This document shows positions 55,871 to 64,000 of a DNA stretch of 64,000 nucleotides, piece by piece. Origin of the DNA: Fibrobacterales bacterium. GTDB lineage: Bacteria > Fibrobacterota > Fibrobacteria > Fibrobacterales > JAOPTW01. How positions within the stretch are numbered: the first letter of the stretch is position 1; each line of letters begins with the position of its first letter. Below the pieces are notes generated by a model. The model saw only the letters and a list, made by a program, of their open reading frames with translations, had not been told where the DNA came from and searched no databases. The position numbers and the translations under genes were made by a program. The stretch covers positions 128,001 to 192,000 of the forward strand of contig JAOPTW010000008.1 in assembly GCA_051532035.1 (NCBI GenBank), in the 5' to 3' direction.

Positions 55871-56422
55871 ATGAAAATTGTCGCTGGCCTCGGTAACCCT
55901 GGATCAAAGTATGCAAACACTCGGCATAACATCGGTTTTGCTGCTATTGACTCTATCGTAGGCCCCGGTGCACAATTTAAACTTCAAAATAACGCCCTTA
56001 TCTACAAACAAAAATTTGCCGGTGAAGATGTCCTCTTTGTCAAGCCACAAACCTATATGAATGTCAGTGGCGAAGCTATTCAACCACTCATGCGCTTTTA
56101 CAAGCTTCAATCTCAAGATCTCATTGTCTTTGTTGATGATCTCAATTTAGATGCTGGTCGTATCAGAATACGAGCAAAAGGCTCTCATGGTGGGCAAAAC
56201 GGCCTCCGAAATATTATTCAACATCTCGGTGACCAATTTACCCGTGTCCGCCTTGGCGTAGGTATCCCACGTCAAGGTGAAGATATCTCTCGATTTGTTC
56301 TCAGTAAGCCCCGTGGCTCAGATGCAGAAGCCTGTGAATCTGCCATCTATAAATGCGACACACTACTCGAGACTCTTATTACTCAAGGTATCGAAAAAGC
56401 TATGGGCAGTTTTAACTCCTAG
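55871..56422 (+). CDS. pth: Peptidyl-tRNA hydrolase
   Basis: GLGNPG..Y..TRHNIGF, KPQTYMN.SG, GSHGGQNGL. Confidence 0.96.
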   Translation: MKIVAGLGNPGSKYANTRHNIGFAAIDSIVGPGAQFKLQNNALIYKQKFAGEDVLFVKPQTYMNVSGEAIQPLMRFYKLQSQDLIVFVDDLNLDAGRIRIRAKGSHGGQNGLRNIIQHLGDQFTRVRLGVGIPRQGEDISRFVLSKPRGSDAEACESAIYKCDTLLETLITQGIEKAMGSFNS

Positions 56423-56565
56423 CCTACCCAATAATTGATAGTAATTACCCTCCTTATCACCCTATCAGAAGCCTGTTATTTTTTCACATATTTGCTCTTT
56501 TTCTTCGCAGAACAACTCCGTTGTGTTAATTTTTACTTTACATGAAATAATCAAAGGCCTAATAG

Positions 56566-57993
56566 ATGAAATTAAGACAAACCCTAATAGCTCTCACCAT
56601 TATATCTGCGACGTCACTTGTAGCGCAAGAAATGGAGCAACCTGCTGCTGTACAACCCGCCCAAGAGCCAGCTCAAGCAGAGCCAGCAATAGTATTTGAG
56701 CCAACACCAGAACCTGTCGTTGAGCCAATGGTTCAAACCAGCGCATCAGTGCTTCCTTCTGCAAAAACAGAAGATGCAGCACCAAAGGACGAAGATGCAG
56801 CAGACCTAAAGCTTCCTGAGTTTTATGGGTACGCCTATGAGGCTGGAATGGCAGGAAATGTCATGGCCGGCGATGGGCCATCAACCTTCTTAATGCTCCC
56901 CCACCGTATTGCAGGAAAAGAGTTTATTTTAATTTCAAATAACGACTCTGCAGATTTCCAAGGCATGCTCTCAATAGATGCATTTGGCGGGACTATATTT
57001 GCATACGGCACACAAAAAACACCTGATGCGACGAAAAACACTCTCGGCGGCAACTTCCACGTAGGATACGCAACATCTAAGTTTGGCGCAGGACTTTATA
57101 CTTCTCTCAACAGAGCTTACACAAAAGACACCGATAAAAAAAGTACAACAACTGTCCCACCAGCTGTTACAGATGATACTAGTCGTGAAACAACTACTCC
57201 ATCAAATCAACTGTATGGACTTTTTGGATCATTTGATATGGGAATGCTCGAACTCTATGGTGGGCTCGAGTATTTTCAAATTAATACCCAAGAAGATATC
57301 AATCAAATATCGACCACAACAACTACCACCAACAATGACATTACACGCATAGGAGCATATGTTGGTACTTTTATTGGAAGTGGCGCACACGGTGTAGATA
57401 TTAAAGCAACTGTTTTAATCAAAAATGATGAAACGAAAGTGCAAACAAAAATTACTGGTACTACTCCTTCAAATACCACAGTCACAACTAAAGGAGACAA
57501 TCACTCTGTCTATGCACTCGATGCCAACTATGGGCTCCTTGCTAAGTCAGCAGGTGACATCAATGTCTATCTCGGTGCAGCCACTAACCTTACTATTAAG
57601 AGCGTTGTAGAAGCCGATAAAGCAGCGGGATCATCAGAAGGCAAAGTTGATTTCGAATTTGGCATTACTCCAAGTGTCAGTACTGAATATGCACTCTCAC
57701 AAAACTTTTTAATGTTTGGTTCAATTGCCCATGTAATAAAACGCACCTCAGAATCAGAAGATACAATTGGTGACTTTGACGCTACGGCAGCAGTAAATTA
57801 CCAAGTTGATAAAACGCACGAAAAAACTGACCTCTCAAACCACGACACAACTGGCAAACTTGGTATCCGTTGGAACTACCACCGTCTCTCTATTGAGTCT
57901 AACCTAGAAAGAAATGTGTTCAAAGATGGTGTATCTTCTGTATTTAAAGGAAGTGGCCTTCACACAGAGACTACAGTCATTCTCACTTTCTAA
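56566..57993 (+). CDS. Outer-membrane beta-barrel protein, paralogue 1
   Basis: Signal peptide, Pro/Glu-rich linker, amphipathic strands, terminal Phe; motifs shared with the next two genes. Confidence 0.7.
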   Translation: MKLRQTLIALTIISATSLVAQEMEQPAAVQPAQEPAQAEPAIVFEPTPEPVVEPMVQTSASVLPSAKTEDAAPKDEDAADLKLPEFYGYAYEAGMAGNVMAGDGPSTFLMLPHRIAGKEFILISNNDSADFQGMLSIDAFGGTIFAYGTQKTPDATKNTLGGNFHVGYATSKFGAGLYTSLNRAYTKDTDKKSTTTVPPAVTDDTSRETTTPSNQLYGLFGSFDMGMLELYGGLEYFQINTQEDINQISTTTTTTNNDITRIGAYVGTFIGSGAHGVDIKATVLIKNDETKVQTKITGTTPSNTTVTTKGDNHSVYALDANYGLLAKSAGDINVYLGAATNLTIKSVVEADKAAGSSEGKVDFEFGITPSVSTEYALSQNFLMFGSIAHVIKRTSESEDTIGDFDATAAVNYQVDKTHEKTDLSNHDTTGKLGIRWNYHRLSIESNLERNVFKDGVSSVFKGSGLHTETTVILTF

Positions 57994-58018
57994 GATTTCA
58001 TAATTCAATCTTACGTTA

Positions 58019-58057
58019 AAAAGGCCTGTACTGCATTTCAGTACGGGCCTTTTCTTT
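58019..58057 (+). terminator. Intrinsic terminator
   Basis: AAAAGGCCTGTACTG-CATTT-CAGTACGGGCCTTTT-CTTT. Confidence 0.8.
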
Positions 58058-58229
58058 GTTTAAAAAGAGATACTTTTCCTCAAACACATCCAGATACAGT
58101 GTTAAAGCGCCATATTTAACTATGTTTGCCCCTTATTGAGGGCACATTTTCAACTTTTTTTTCAGAGAAATTCACATTCTATGTGTTTTACGTGTGCCTT
58201 TATTTCACCCCTAAACAAAGGTATCATAC

Positions 58230-59636
58230 ATGTCGTTTTTACGAAAACTTCCAATACTCATAGCAACAGCATCACTCTCTCTTTTTGCAGAAGATTTTAC
58301 ATTTTCACCCCCAGAAGAAAGCTCATCTTCAAGTGTCGTTGAATTAAGTAGTTCAATTGCAGTACCCTCAACACCCTCTTCACAGTCTACCTCATACGAC
58401 TCAGATCTCTTCCCTAGTGACTTCGCACAATCAAACACAAAAGAAGAATCATCTACATTCCCTAAGATATATGGCTGGGCATACCCAGAAGTGATGGGCG
58501 GCAATGTAGCTATAACTGCTTCAGTACCCGACTTTCTCCTACACCCCAGTTGGATTACCGGATCTGATTTTGTCTATATCAATCCCAATAGTAAAAAAGG
58601 TATGCTTGCAGTCAGCGCTCTCGGTGGCTCTGTTTTTGGATACGCTGATCAAGACAATACAGTAGATGGAACTGATATTGGCACACTTACTATGGGATAC
58701 GCTGGCCCTGATAATAGCTTTGGTGTCGCTCTCTACACCTCACAAAATAGTGAATATAATTACCAAAAATCATATCAAAGAAATCAACTTTTTCCTGACT
58801 CAGTAGCAGTAACTACTACTGAAATAGATACTGCTACTGGTGAAATTTATGGCATTTTTGCCGATGTTTCCATTGCAAAAATCAACATTTATACTGACAT
58901 TAACTACTTTAGATTGAGCTCACTCAATAGTTCGTTGTCATCACCAGATGAGGAGAGCACAATGTTAGTCTCTCTCTCAAAACTTGGACTTAATCTTGGC
59001 TTACTGTACCAAGGCGATGCTCATTATATTGACACGAAAGTCTCACTTGATCTCTATTCAGATGAAGGGGAAGCAAGCTACAATGACAAAAATAACAATT
59101 TTGATACCACCACCACCTTTACAGGACTCAACAACTTAAGCGTGCTTAATCTTAAGCTAAACTATGGCTATATTGCAAAATCAACAAGTGCAATGAACAT
59201 TTATCTTGGTACTCAACTATCCTTTGAATATACTATGTGGGATGACATCGAACCTGATGAATTTTCTTCATTAAGCCGTATAGACAAAAGTTCACACACT
59301 ATTGAATTCACCCCTAACGCCAGTCTTGAGTATATGCTCAGTAAATATCTTATCGTATTTGGTGGCATTCAGCACACTATCGCTCGTAACGGCTCAAGTG
59401 ATAGAGATGTTGTTGACACAGACCCAGGAGTCAATGTTAAGCTTGAAACCAGCAGAGAGACAGAGGCTTATACCCTTCAGTCCAACTCAACCAATACCTC
59501 ATTTGGTCTCAGGGTATCCTACGACAACCTTTCAATAGAATCAATTTTGTCAAATACTGTATATGAAAATGGTACGAGTGACCTCTTCAACGGTAAAGGC
59601 ACATTAATCAATACTACTATTGGAGTCCTTTTCTAA
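58230..59636 (+). CDS. Outer-membrane beta-barrel protein, paralogue 2
   Basis: Signal peptide, Ser-rich linker, shared YG.A...M.GN, GML...A.GG, TP...EY.LS and SIES motifs, terminal Phe. Confidence 0.7.
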   Translation: MSFLRKLPILIATASLSLFAEDFTFSPPEESSSSSVVELSSSIAVPSTPSSQSTSYDSDLFPSDFAQSNTKEESSTFPKIYGWAYPEVMGGNVAITASVPDFLLHPSWITGSDFVYINPNSKKGMLAVSALGGSVFGYADQDNTVDGTDIGTLTMGYAGPDNSFGVALYTSQNSEYNYQKSYQRNQLFPDSVAVTTTEIDTATGEIYGIFADVSIAKINIYTDINYFRLSSLNSSLSSPDEESTMLVSLSKLGLNLGLLYQGDAHYIDTKVSLDLYSDEGEASYNDKNNNFDTTTTFTGLNNLSVLNLKLNYGYIAKSTSAMNIYLGTQLSFEYTMWDDIEPDEFSSLSRIDKSSHTIEFTPNASLEYMLSKYLIVFGGIQHTIARNGSSDRDVVDTDPGVNVKLETSRETEAYTLQSNSTNTSFGLRVSYDNLSIESILSNTVYENGTSDLFNGKGTLINTTIGVLF

Positions 59637-59647
59637 TAGCAAACCCC

Positions 59648-59670
59648 AGGGAGGTCCCGCCTCCCTTTTT
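59648..59670 (+). terminator. Intrinsic terminator
   Basis: AGGGAGG-TCCCG-CCTCCCT-TTTT. Confidence 0.7.
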
Positions 59671-59783
59671 ATAATGTATATCGACACTATTTTTTGTATT
59701 CACACCCTCAAACCGACTATACATCCACAAAATCATCAGTTTTATTACTTTTTCTTCAGATTTCACCCAATGAAGGACCTCAT

Positions 59784-60995
59784 ATGAATCTGATAAAAAG
59801 CATTTCTGCTGTCGCTCTTATCTGTAATGTTTCACTTTTTGCCGAAGAATTTACTTTTGAAGCATCAAGTGCTAACGCAACCTCCACTACCGAAGAGACA
59901 AGTCTCGTTTCTGAAACAGCCGCGGTATCAGACCCCCTCTATACAACATCAACAAGTACATCAGGTGCACTCGGGTCACTCCCTGTACTCTATGGAACTG
60001 CATTTGCTGTTGCCATGTCTGGCAACCCCGCGGTTTCGACATCAACCGAAGACTTCATGATTTTTCCTCATTGGGCTCATGGTAAATCACTCGGTATGAT
60101 AGGGCCTGATGTAGGTGGAACTCCAAAAGGAATGCTTTCAATGGACGCTCTTGGTGGAACAATGTTCGGCAGATTTGATGGCCCAACATTTGCACTTGCA
60201 TTCTCTCCAAGCTCATCCATAGGTGGAGGACTTATTTTCTCATTTAACACTCAAAACTCATTGAGAAAATCTGAGTCTGACGCTACTACAAAAGATATGG
60301 TCAATGAAACCTTCGGTGCGTTTGCTTCGATGGGTATTGGTGACATGAGCCTCTATGCAAAGGTTTTACACACTGATATTAAAGACTCTCTCCTTGAAGA
60401 GAACGAAACAGGTGGCAATAGAGATGATATTGTAATTACTCTTGGTGCACTTATCACCATGGGTAAAATAACACTTGATGCCGGAATTGACTATACCAAT
60501 CAGACTGATGAAACATTCGCTATAGACCTAGCCGATACAGAGAAAACCGTTACCACAACAGGTGAAAACGATGCATCAATGTATAGCATTCACGGAAATT
60601 TAGGGTACACCCTTAAAAACAGAGATGACTTGAAAGTATATCTTGGGTCTAACAATACTATCATCTATCATAGTGATACAGATATTGAGGGTTCATCGAA
60701 AGACTCTTACAGCCTTTCGCTTGGTATTACTCCAAATGCAGGAATGGAATACCTTCTTTCACAATACTTCAGTGTCTTTGGAAGTGTTTCTCATAAAATC
60801 AATTATGGAAGAGACTATACGCAAGAATTAGCTGGTGAAACAAATGGTGACGAAATCACGAACTCTTCACTGATTTCAAACCCTGCCCTAGCTCTTGCTG
60901 GTCTCCGTTTTGCTTATGGTAACTTCTCTCTTGAGTCAGTCATTACCAGTGATCTCACCAAATTGGTTTATGCCAGCGCCATTATAACATTTTAA
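59784..60995 (+). CDS. Outer-membrane beta-barrel protein, paralogue 3
   Basis: Start ATG 59784 with AAGGA SD; signal peptide ending SLFA; same family motifs; terminal Phe. Confidence 0.7.
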   Translation: MNLIKSISAVALICNVSLFAEEFTFEASSANATSTTEETSLVSETAAVSDPLYTTSTSTSGALGSLPVLYGTAFAVAMSGNPAVSTSTEDFMIFPHWAHGKSLGMIGPDVGGTPKGMLSMDALGGTMFGRFDGPTFALAFSPSSSIGGGLIFSFNTQNSLRKSESDATTKDMVNETFGAFASMGIGDMSLYAKVLHTDIKDSLLEENETGGNRDDIVITLGALITMGKITLDAGIDYTNQTDETFAIDLADTEKTVTTTGENDASMYSIHGNLGYTLKNRDDLKVYLGSNNTIIYHSDTDIEGSSKDSYSLSLGITPNAGMEYLLSQYFSVFGSVSHKINYGRDYTQELAGETNGDEITNSSLISNPALALAGLRFAYGNFSLESVITSDLTKLVYASAIITF

Positions 60996-61015
60996 ATAAA
61001 TCTAAACGCTTTATT

Positions 61016-61041
61016 AAGTGGTCTTCGGGCCGCTTTTTTTT
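61016..61041 (+). terminator. Intrinsic terminator with C(UUCG)G tetraloop
   Basis: AAGTGGTC-TTCG-GGCCGCTT followed by a T run. Confidence 0.8.
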
Positions 61042-61171
61042 GTAAACAGCCCCACCAAACATTGTATTTCGAATAATTATGGCATTACTGAAAATAAGTA
61101 ACCACAGCTAAGATCTGGCCAAATTAGACTAAATTTGCTACCTTTGCGTAACTGATTTTAAAGGATGTACT

Positions 61172-61912
61172 ATGATTGAGCAGCTCAAAATTTTGAAAGA
61201 AATCGACATCCTTGACATGGGTAAAATCAAACTTGCAAGCCAGCAAAAAGTTCTACCTAGCCAGATCAATACCCTCAAAGAAAAAGTTCTTGCAAAAAAA
61301 AGTCTCGTAGAACAAGCAAAACAGAATATTGCGACATTAGAGGCCGATATTGAAAACCTCAAAAAAGAAGTTGAGAACGAAAAACTCCTTCTTGAAAAGA
61401 GTAATATCCGTCTCAATACTATTGCAAATAACAAAGAATTTGATGCCGTTCAGAATGAGATAGCCACTCACGAATCTAAGATTGAAAATTGGGAACTCTC
61501 TGAATTAGAAAAACTCGAAGAACTCGAAGGGCTCAACCGTGAACTCCCTGAGCATGAACGAGTCTATGTTGAAATCTCCAAAAAGTACAAGCCAGAATTT
61601 GATAAACTGAATCAAGTCTACAGGGGCATTGCTGGTGAGGCTCAAGAAATCGACAAAAAAATAGTTGTTCTTAAAGAGAAGGCTTCTCCAAAGTTTTTAA
61701 ACTATTATGAAAAATTACTCAAATCAAAATACTCATTGCTACTAGGCCACAAGCAGAGTAACATAGTGGGCGAGCTAAAAAATGGTGAAACCGCTTGTGA
61801 CATATGTGGTAGTGAACTAAGAAAACCGAGACTTCAGGCCATTCGCAAAAACGACTGCATTAATTGTTGTGATGATTGCGGATCAATCCTGATGTGGAAT
61901 GAAGATAAATAA
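61172..61912 (+). CDS. Coiled-coil C4 zinc-ribbon protein (DUF164 / HP0958-FlgZ / CT398-like)
   Basis: Long coiled coil with NNKEFDAVQNEI; C-terminal CDICG...CDDCGSIL. Confidence 0.85.
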   Translation: MIEQLKILKEIDILDMGKIKLASQQKVLPSQINTLKEKVLAKKSLVEQAKQNIATLEADIENLKKEVENEKLLLEKSNIRLNTIANNKEFDAVQNEIATHESKIENWELSELEKLEELEGLNRELPEHERVYVEISKKYKPEFDKLNQVYRGIAGEAQEIDKKIVVLKEKASPKFLNYYEKLLKSKYSLLLGHKQSNIVGELKNGETACDICGSELRKPRLQAIRKNDCINCCDDCGSILMWNEDK

Positions 61913-61924
61913 AGAGGAAACCCA

Positions 61925-63382
61925 ATGGATACATTAAAACAGGGATTAACATTTGATGATGTACTACTTGTACCCGGTGAATCAGATATTAAACCTAATC
62001 AAACAAGTTTTAAAACGAAATTGACTTCTGAAATAGAGTTAAACATCCCTATTTTAAGTGCTGCAATGGACACTGTCACTACATCAAGCCTTGCTATTGC
62101 TTTGGCTAATGAAGGTGGCATTGGCGTCATTCACAAAAACATGACTACCCAAGAACAAGCTGCTGAAGTAAAAGCAGTTAAAATGTGGGAGAGTGGTATT
62201 GTGAGTGCCCCAATAACTCTCGCGCCAAATCAACCAGTTGCTGATGCACTCAATATTATGCGTCAACAAAACATTTCAGGATTCCCCGTTATCGACAGCG
62301 GTAAACTTGTTGGCATTTTAACCAACCGAGATCTACGTGGATACACTATTAGTGATGAAACGTCAGTAGCCGATCTTATGACAAAAGAACTTGTTACCGG
62401 CACTCTTGAGACGTCACTGCCTGAAGCTAAAGAGCTGATGCGTCAAAACCGCATTGAGAAACTGCCTCTTGTTGATACAGACAACAAATTATGTGGCCTT
62501 ATTACTCTGACTGATATTTCAAAACGCGAAAACAACCCTAATGCCTGTGTTGATTCAGGTGGACATTTACGTGTCGGTGCATCTGTTGGTATTGGCCCAG
62601 ACTCAATTGAGAGAACTAATGCTCTTGTTGAAGCAGGTGTTGATGTGCTCGTAATCGATGTTGCTCATGGACACAATCTCGATGTTGCAAAACGGGTAAA
62701 AGAAATTCGGTCACTCTACAAAGATCTTGCTATTGTCGCAGGAAATATTGTTACTGCATCTGCAGTTAAAGCACTTGCAGAAGCAGGGGCTGATGTAGTA
62801 AAAGTTGGTGTTGGTCCAGGATCAATCTGTACAACACGAATTGTTGCCGGTGTGGGAGTCCCTCAGTTAACTGCCGTTATGGATTGCGCTAAAGAAGGTG
62901 CAAAATATGGCGTCACTGTTATTGCCGATGGTGGCATTAAATACTCTGGGGACATCGCAAAAGCTCTTGCGGGTGGCGCTGCTTGTGTAATGCTCGGCAG
63001 TCTTTTTGCAGGAACTGAAGAAGCTCCTGGCGAAAGAATTCTTGCTGAAGGACGCTCGTTTAAAAGTTACCGTGGAATGGGCTCAATAGCCGCTATGAAA
63101 AAAGGATCAAGTGATCGCTATTTTCAAGCTGATACTGATGAAAAAGAGTTGATTCCAGAAGGTATTGAAGGACGCATCCCCTACAAAGGCCTCCTTAAAG
63201 ATACGGTACACCAACTTGTTGGTGGTCTTGGTCAAGCAATGTTTTACACTGGTTGCCAAACGATCCCAGAAATGCCAAAGAAAACTCAATTTGTACAAAT
63301 TACATCTGCAAGCCTTAGAGAGTCTCACCCTCATGATGTAAAAATCACTAAAGAGGCTCCCAATTATAGAGAGAGCATGTAG
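61925..63382 (+). CDS. guaB: IMP dehydrogenase
   Basis: [21 protein letters not shown] pair, [29 protein letters not shown]. Confidence 0.98.
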   Translation: MDTLKQGLTFDDVLLVPGESDIKPNQTSFKTKLTSEIELNIPILSAAMDTVTTSSLAIALANEGGIGVIHKNMTTQEQAAEVKAVKMWESGIVSAPITLAPNQPVADALNIMRQQNISGFPVIDSGKLVGILTNRDLRGYTISDETSVADLMTKELVTGTLETSLPEAKELMRQNRIEKLPLVDTDNKLCGLITLTDISKRENNPNACVDSGGHLRVGASVGIGPDSIERTNALVEAGVDVLVIDVAHGHNLDVAKRVKEIRSLYKDLAIVAGNIVTASAVKALAEAGADVVKVGVGPGSICTTRIVAGVGVPQLTAVMDCAKEGAKYGVTVIADGGIKYSGDIAKALAGGAACVMLGSLFAGTEEAPGERILAEGRSFKSYRGMGSIAAMKKGSSDRYFQADTDEKELIPEGIEGRIPYKGLLKDTVHQLVGGLGQAMFYTGCQTIPEMPKKTQFVQITSASLRESHPHDVKITKEAPNYRESM

Positions 63383-63396
63383 AGAGAACTACAATT

Positions 63397-63444
63397 AGAA
63401 ATAAAAAAATCGCCCTTTTTACAAAGGGCGATTTTTTTATTTCT
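63397..63444. terminator. Bidirectional terminator with perfect 22-bp arms
   Basis: AGAAATAAAAAAATCGCCCTTT-TTAC-AAAGGGCGATTTTTTTATTTCT between convergent genes. Confidence 0.85.
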
Positions 63445-63472
63445 TCTAAATATCCTATCACAAATACCGGCA

Positions 63473-64000
63473 TTAATTCAACACAGAACTTCCTTGACGT
63501 GTTCCTCGTTTTTGAAACTCTGCTATTACTCCAATCTGAACTGTATTTTTTTTCTTACACCAATCTGGCGCTATCAAACTATCATCACCAGTTTCCCCTG
63601 TAAATCGCTGTATTCCCACATCAGCGGGAACCCATTCCAAAAAGTCTGTTACAGATTCTATATATTCTTGCTCAGTAAGAAGCTCTATAGCGCCTTCTTT
63701 AAACTCTTTAACGATAATCGTCTGTTTCACTATGTGTAATGGGTGCAGCTTCAAAGTATGATATTTCCATTGCCCTATTTTTTGTGCCGTCTCCACAAAA
63801 TGAGAGCGATCCTCACCCGGTAATCCAATAATTATATGAATACAGGTTTCGACAAGACTCCCTTTAAGTAAATTCATGGCACGCTCAAATTCTGACCAAG
63901 TATCACATCGATTTATCCTTTCAAGAGTACTATCATGAGATGTCTGGAGCCCCAATTCTAGTGTAACATGTACCTTTTGAGAGAGTTCCTCACACAAAGC
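63473..64000 (-). CDS. Radical SAM protein, YhcC/TIGR01212-like (C-terminal part only)
   Basis: ELGLQTSHD.TL..INR, HIIIGLPGE, KLHPLHIVK, QRFTGE...APDW, TRQG; frame open to the window edge. Confidence 0.88.
   Translation of the reverse strand, partial: ALCEELSQKVHVTLELGLQTSHDSTLERINRCDTWSEFERAMNLLKGSLVETCIHIIIGLPGEDRSHFVETAQKIGQWKYHTLKLHPLHIVKQTIIVKEFKEGAIELLTEQEYIESVTDFLEWVPADVGIQRFTGETGDDSLIAPDWCKKKNTVQIGVIAEFQKRGTRQGSSVLN

Noticed and set aside
57994..58229. Riboswitch in the longer intergenic regions (also 13270-13445 and 60996-61171)
   Set aside because: Only terminators or short hairpins were seen, and no aptamer consensus I can recognise. A cmscan against Rfam would be decisive.
371..63739. 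Numerous 60-190 aa ORFs overlapping or antisense to the called genes (e.g. 13518-14078, 31025-31510, 40598-41068)
   Set aside because: Shadow frames of well-supported genes, with no motifs or translation signals.

Overview
A gene-dense, mostly core-genome window with moderately low GC (about 40% by eye). It is most consistent with a flagellated, chemotactic member of Fibrobacterota or another FCB-group lineage; this is inferred from gene content and protein style, not from a database hit. Housekeeping genes include truA, gatA, pheA, rph, ispG, obgE, lspA, rluD, trkH, dusB, HU, pdxB, argF, ispE, rplY, pth, guaB, tRNA-Asn and tRNA-Gln. No prophage, transposase, CRISPR array or recognisable defence island was seen. 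The most interesting elements are: (1) a sigma-54-type promoter with stacked upstream palindromes in front of a MerR-HTH gene and four large GT2/TPR genes, a candidate protein or flagellin glycosylation system; (2) a three-gene T9SS-like module (barrel-like protein, 1435-aa Ig-repeat cargo with a FlgD/CTD-like tail, and a PorV-like barrel fused to an extra N-terminal domain); (3) a chemoreceptor joining a NarX/McpN-type nitrate-sensing motif to a C-terminal hemerythrin; (4) a class III adenylate cyclase with a membrane-anchored SH3b-like domain; (5) a stand-alone FDFT1-like squalene synthase, plus a TolC-MlaC pair with no inner-membrane partner; (6) a recurring -10 box 6-7 nt before ATG at six genes, suggesting leaderless mRNAs; (7) a MITE-like structured element next to a covarying tandem hairpin repeat, and unusually long perfect palindromes; (8) three separately terminated, diverged outer-membrane barrel paralogues. 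All functional calls come from motif recognition by eye.
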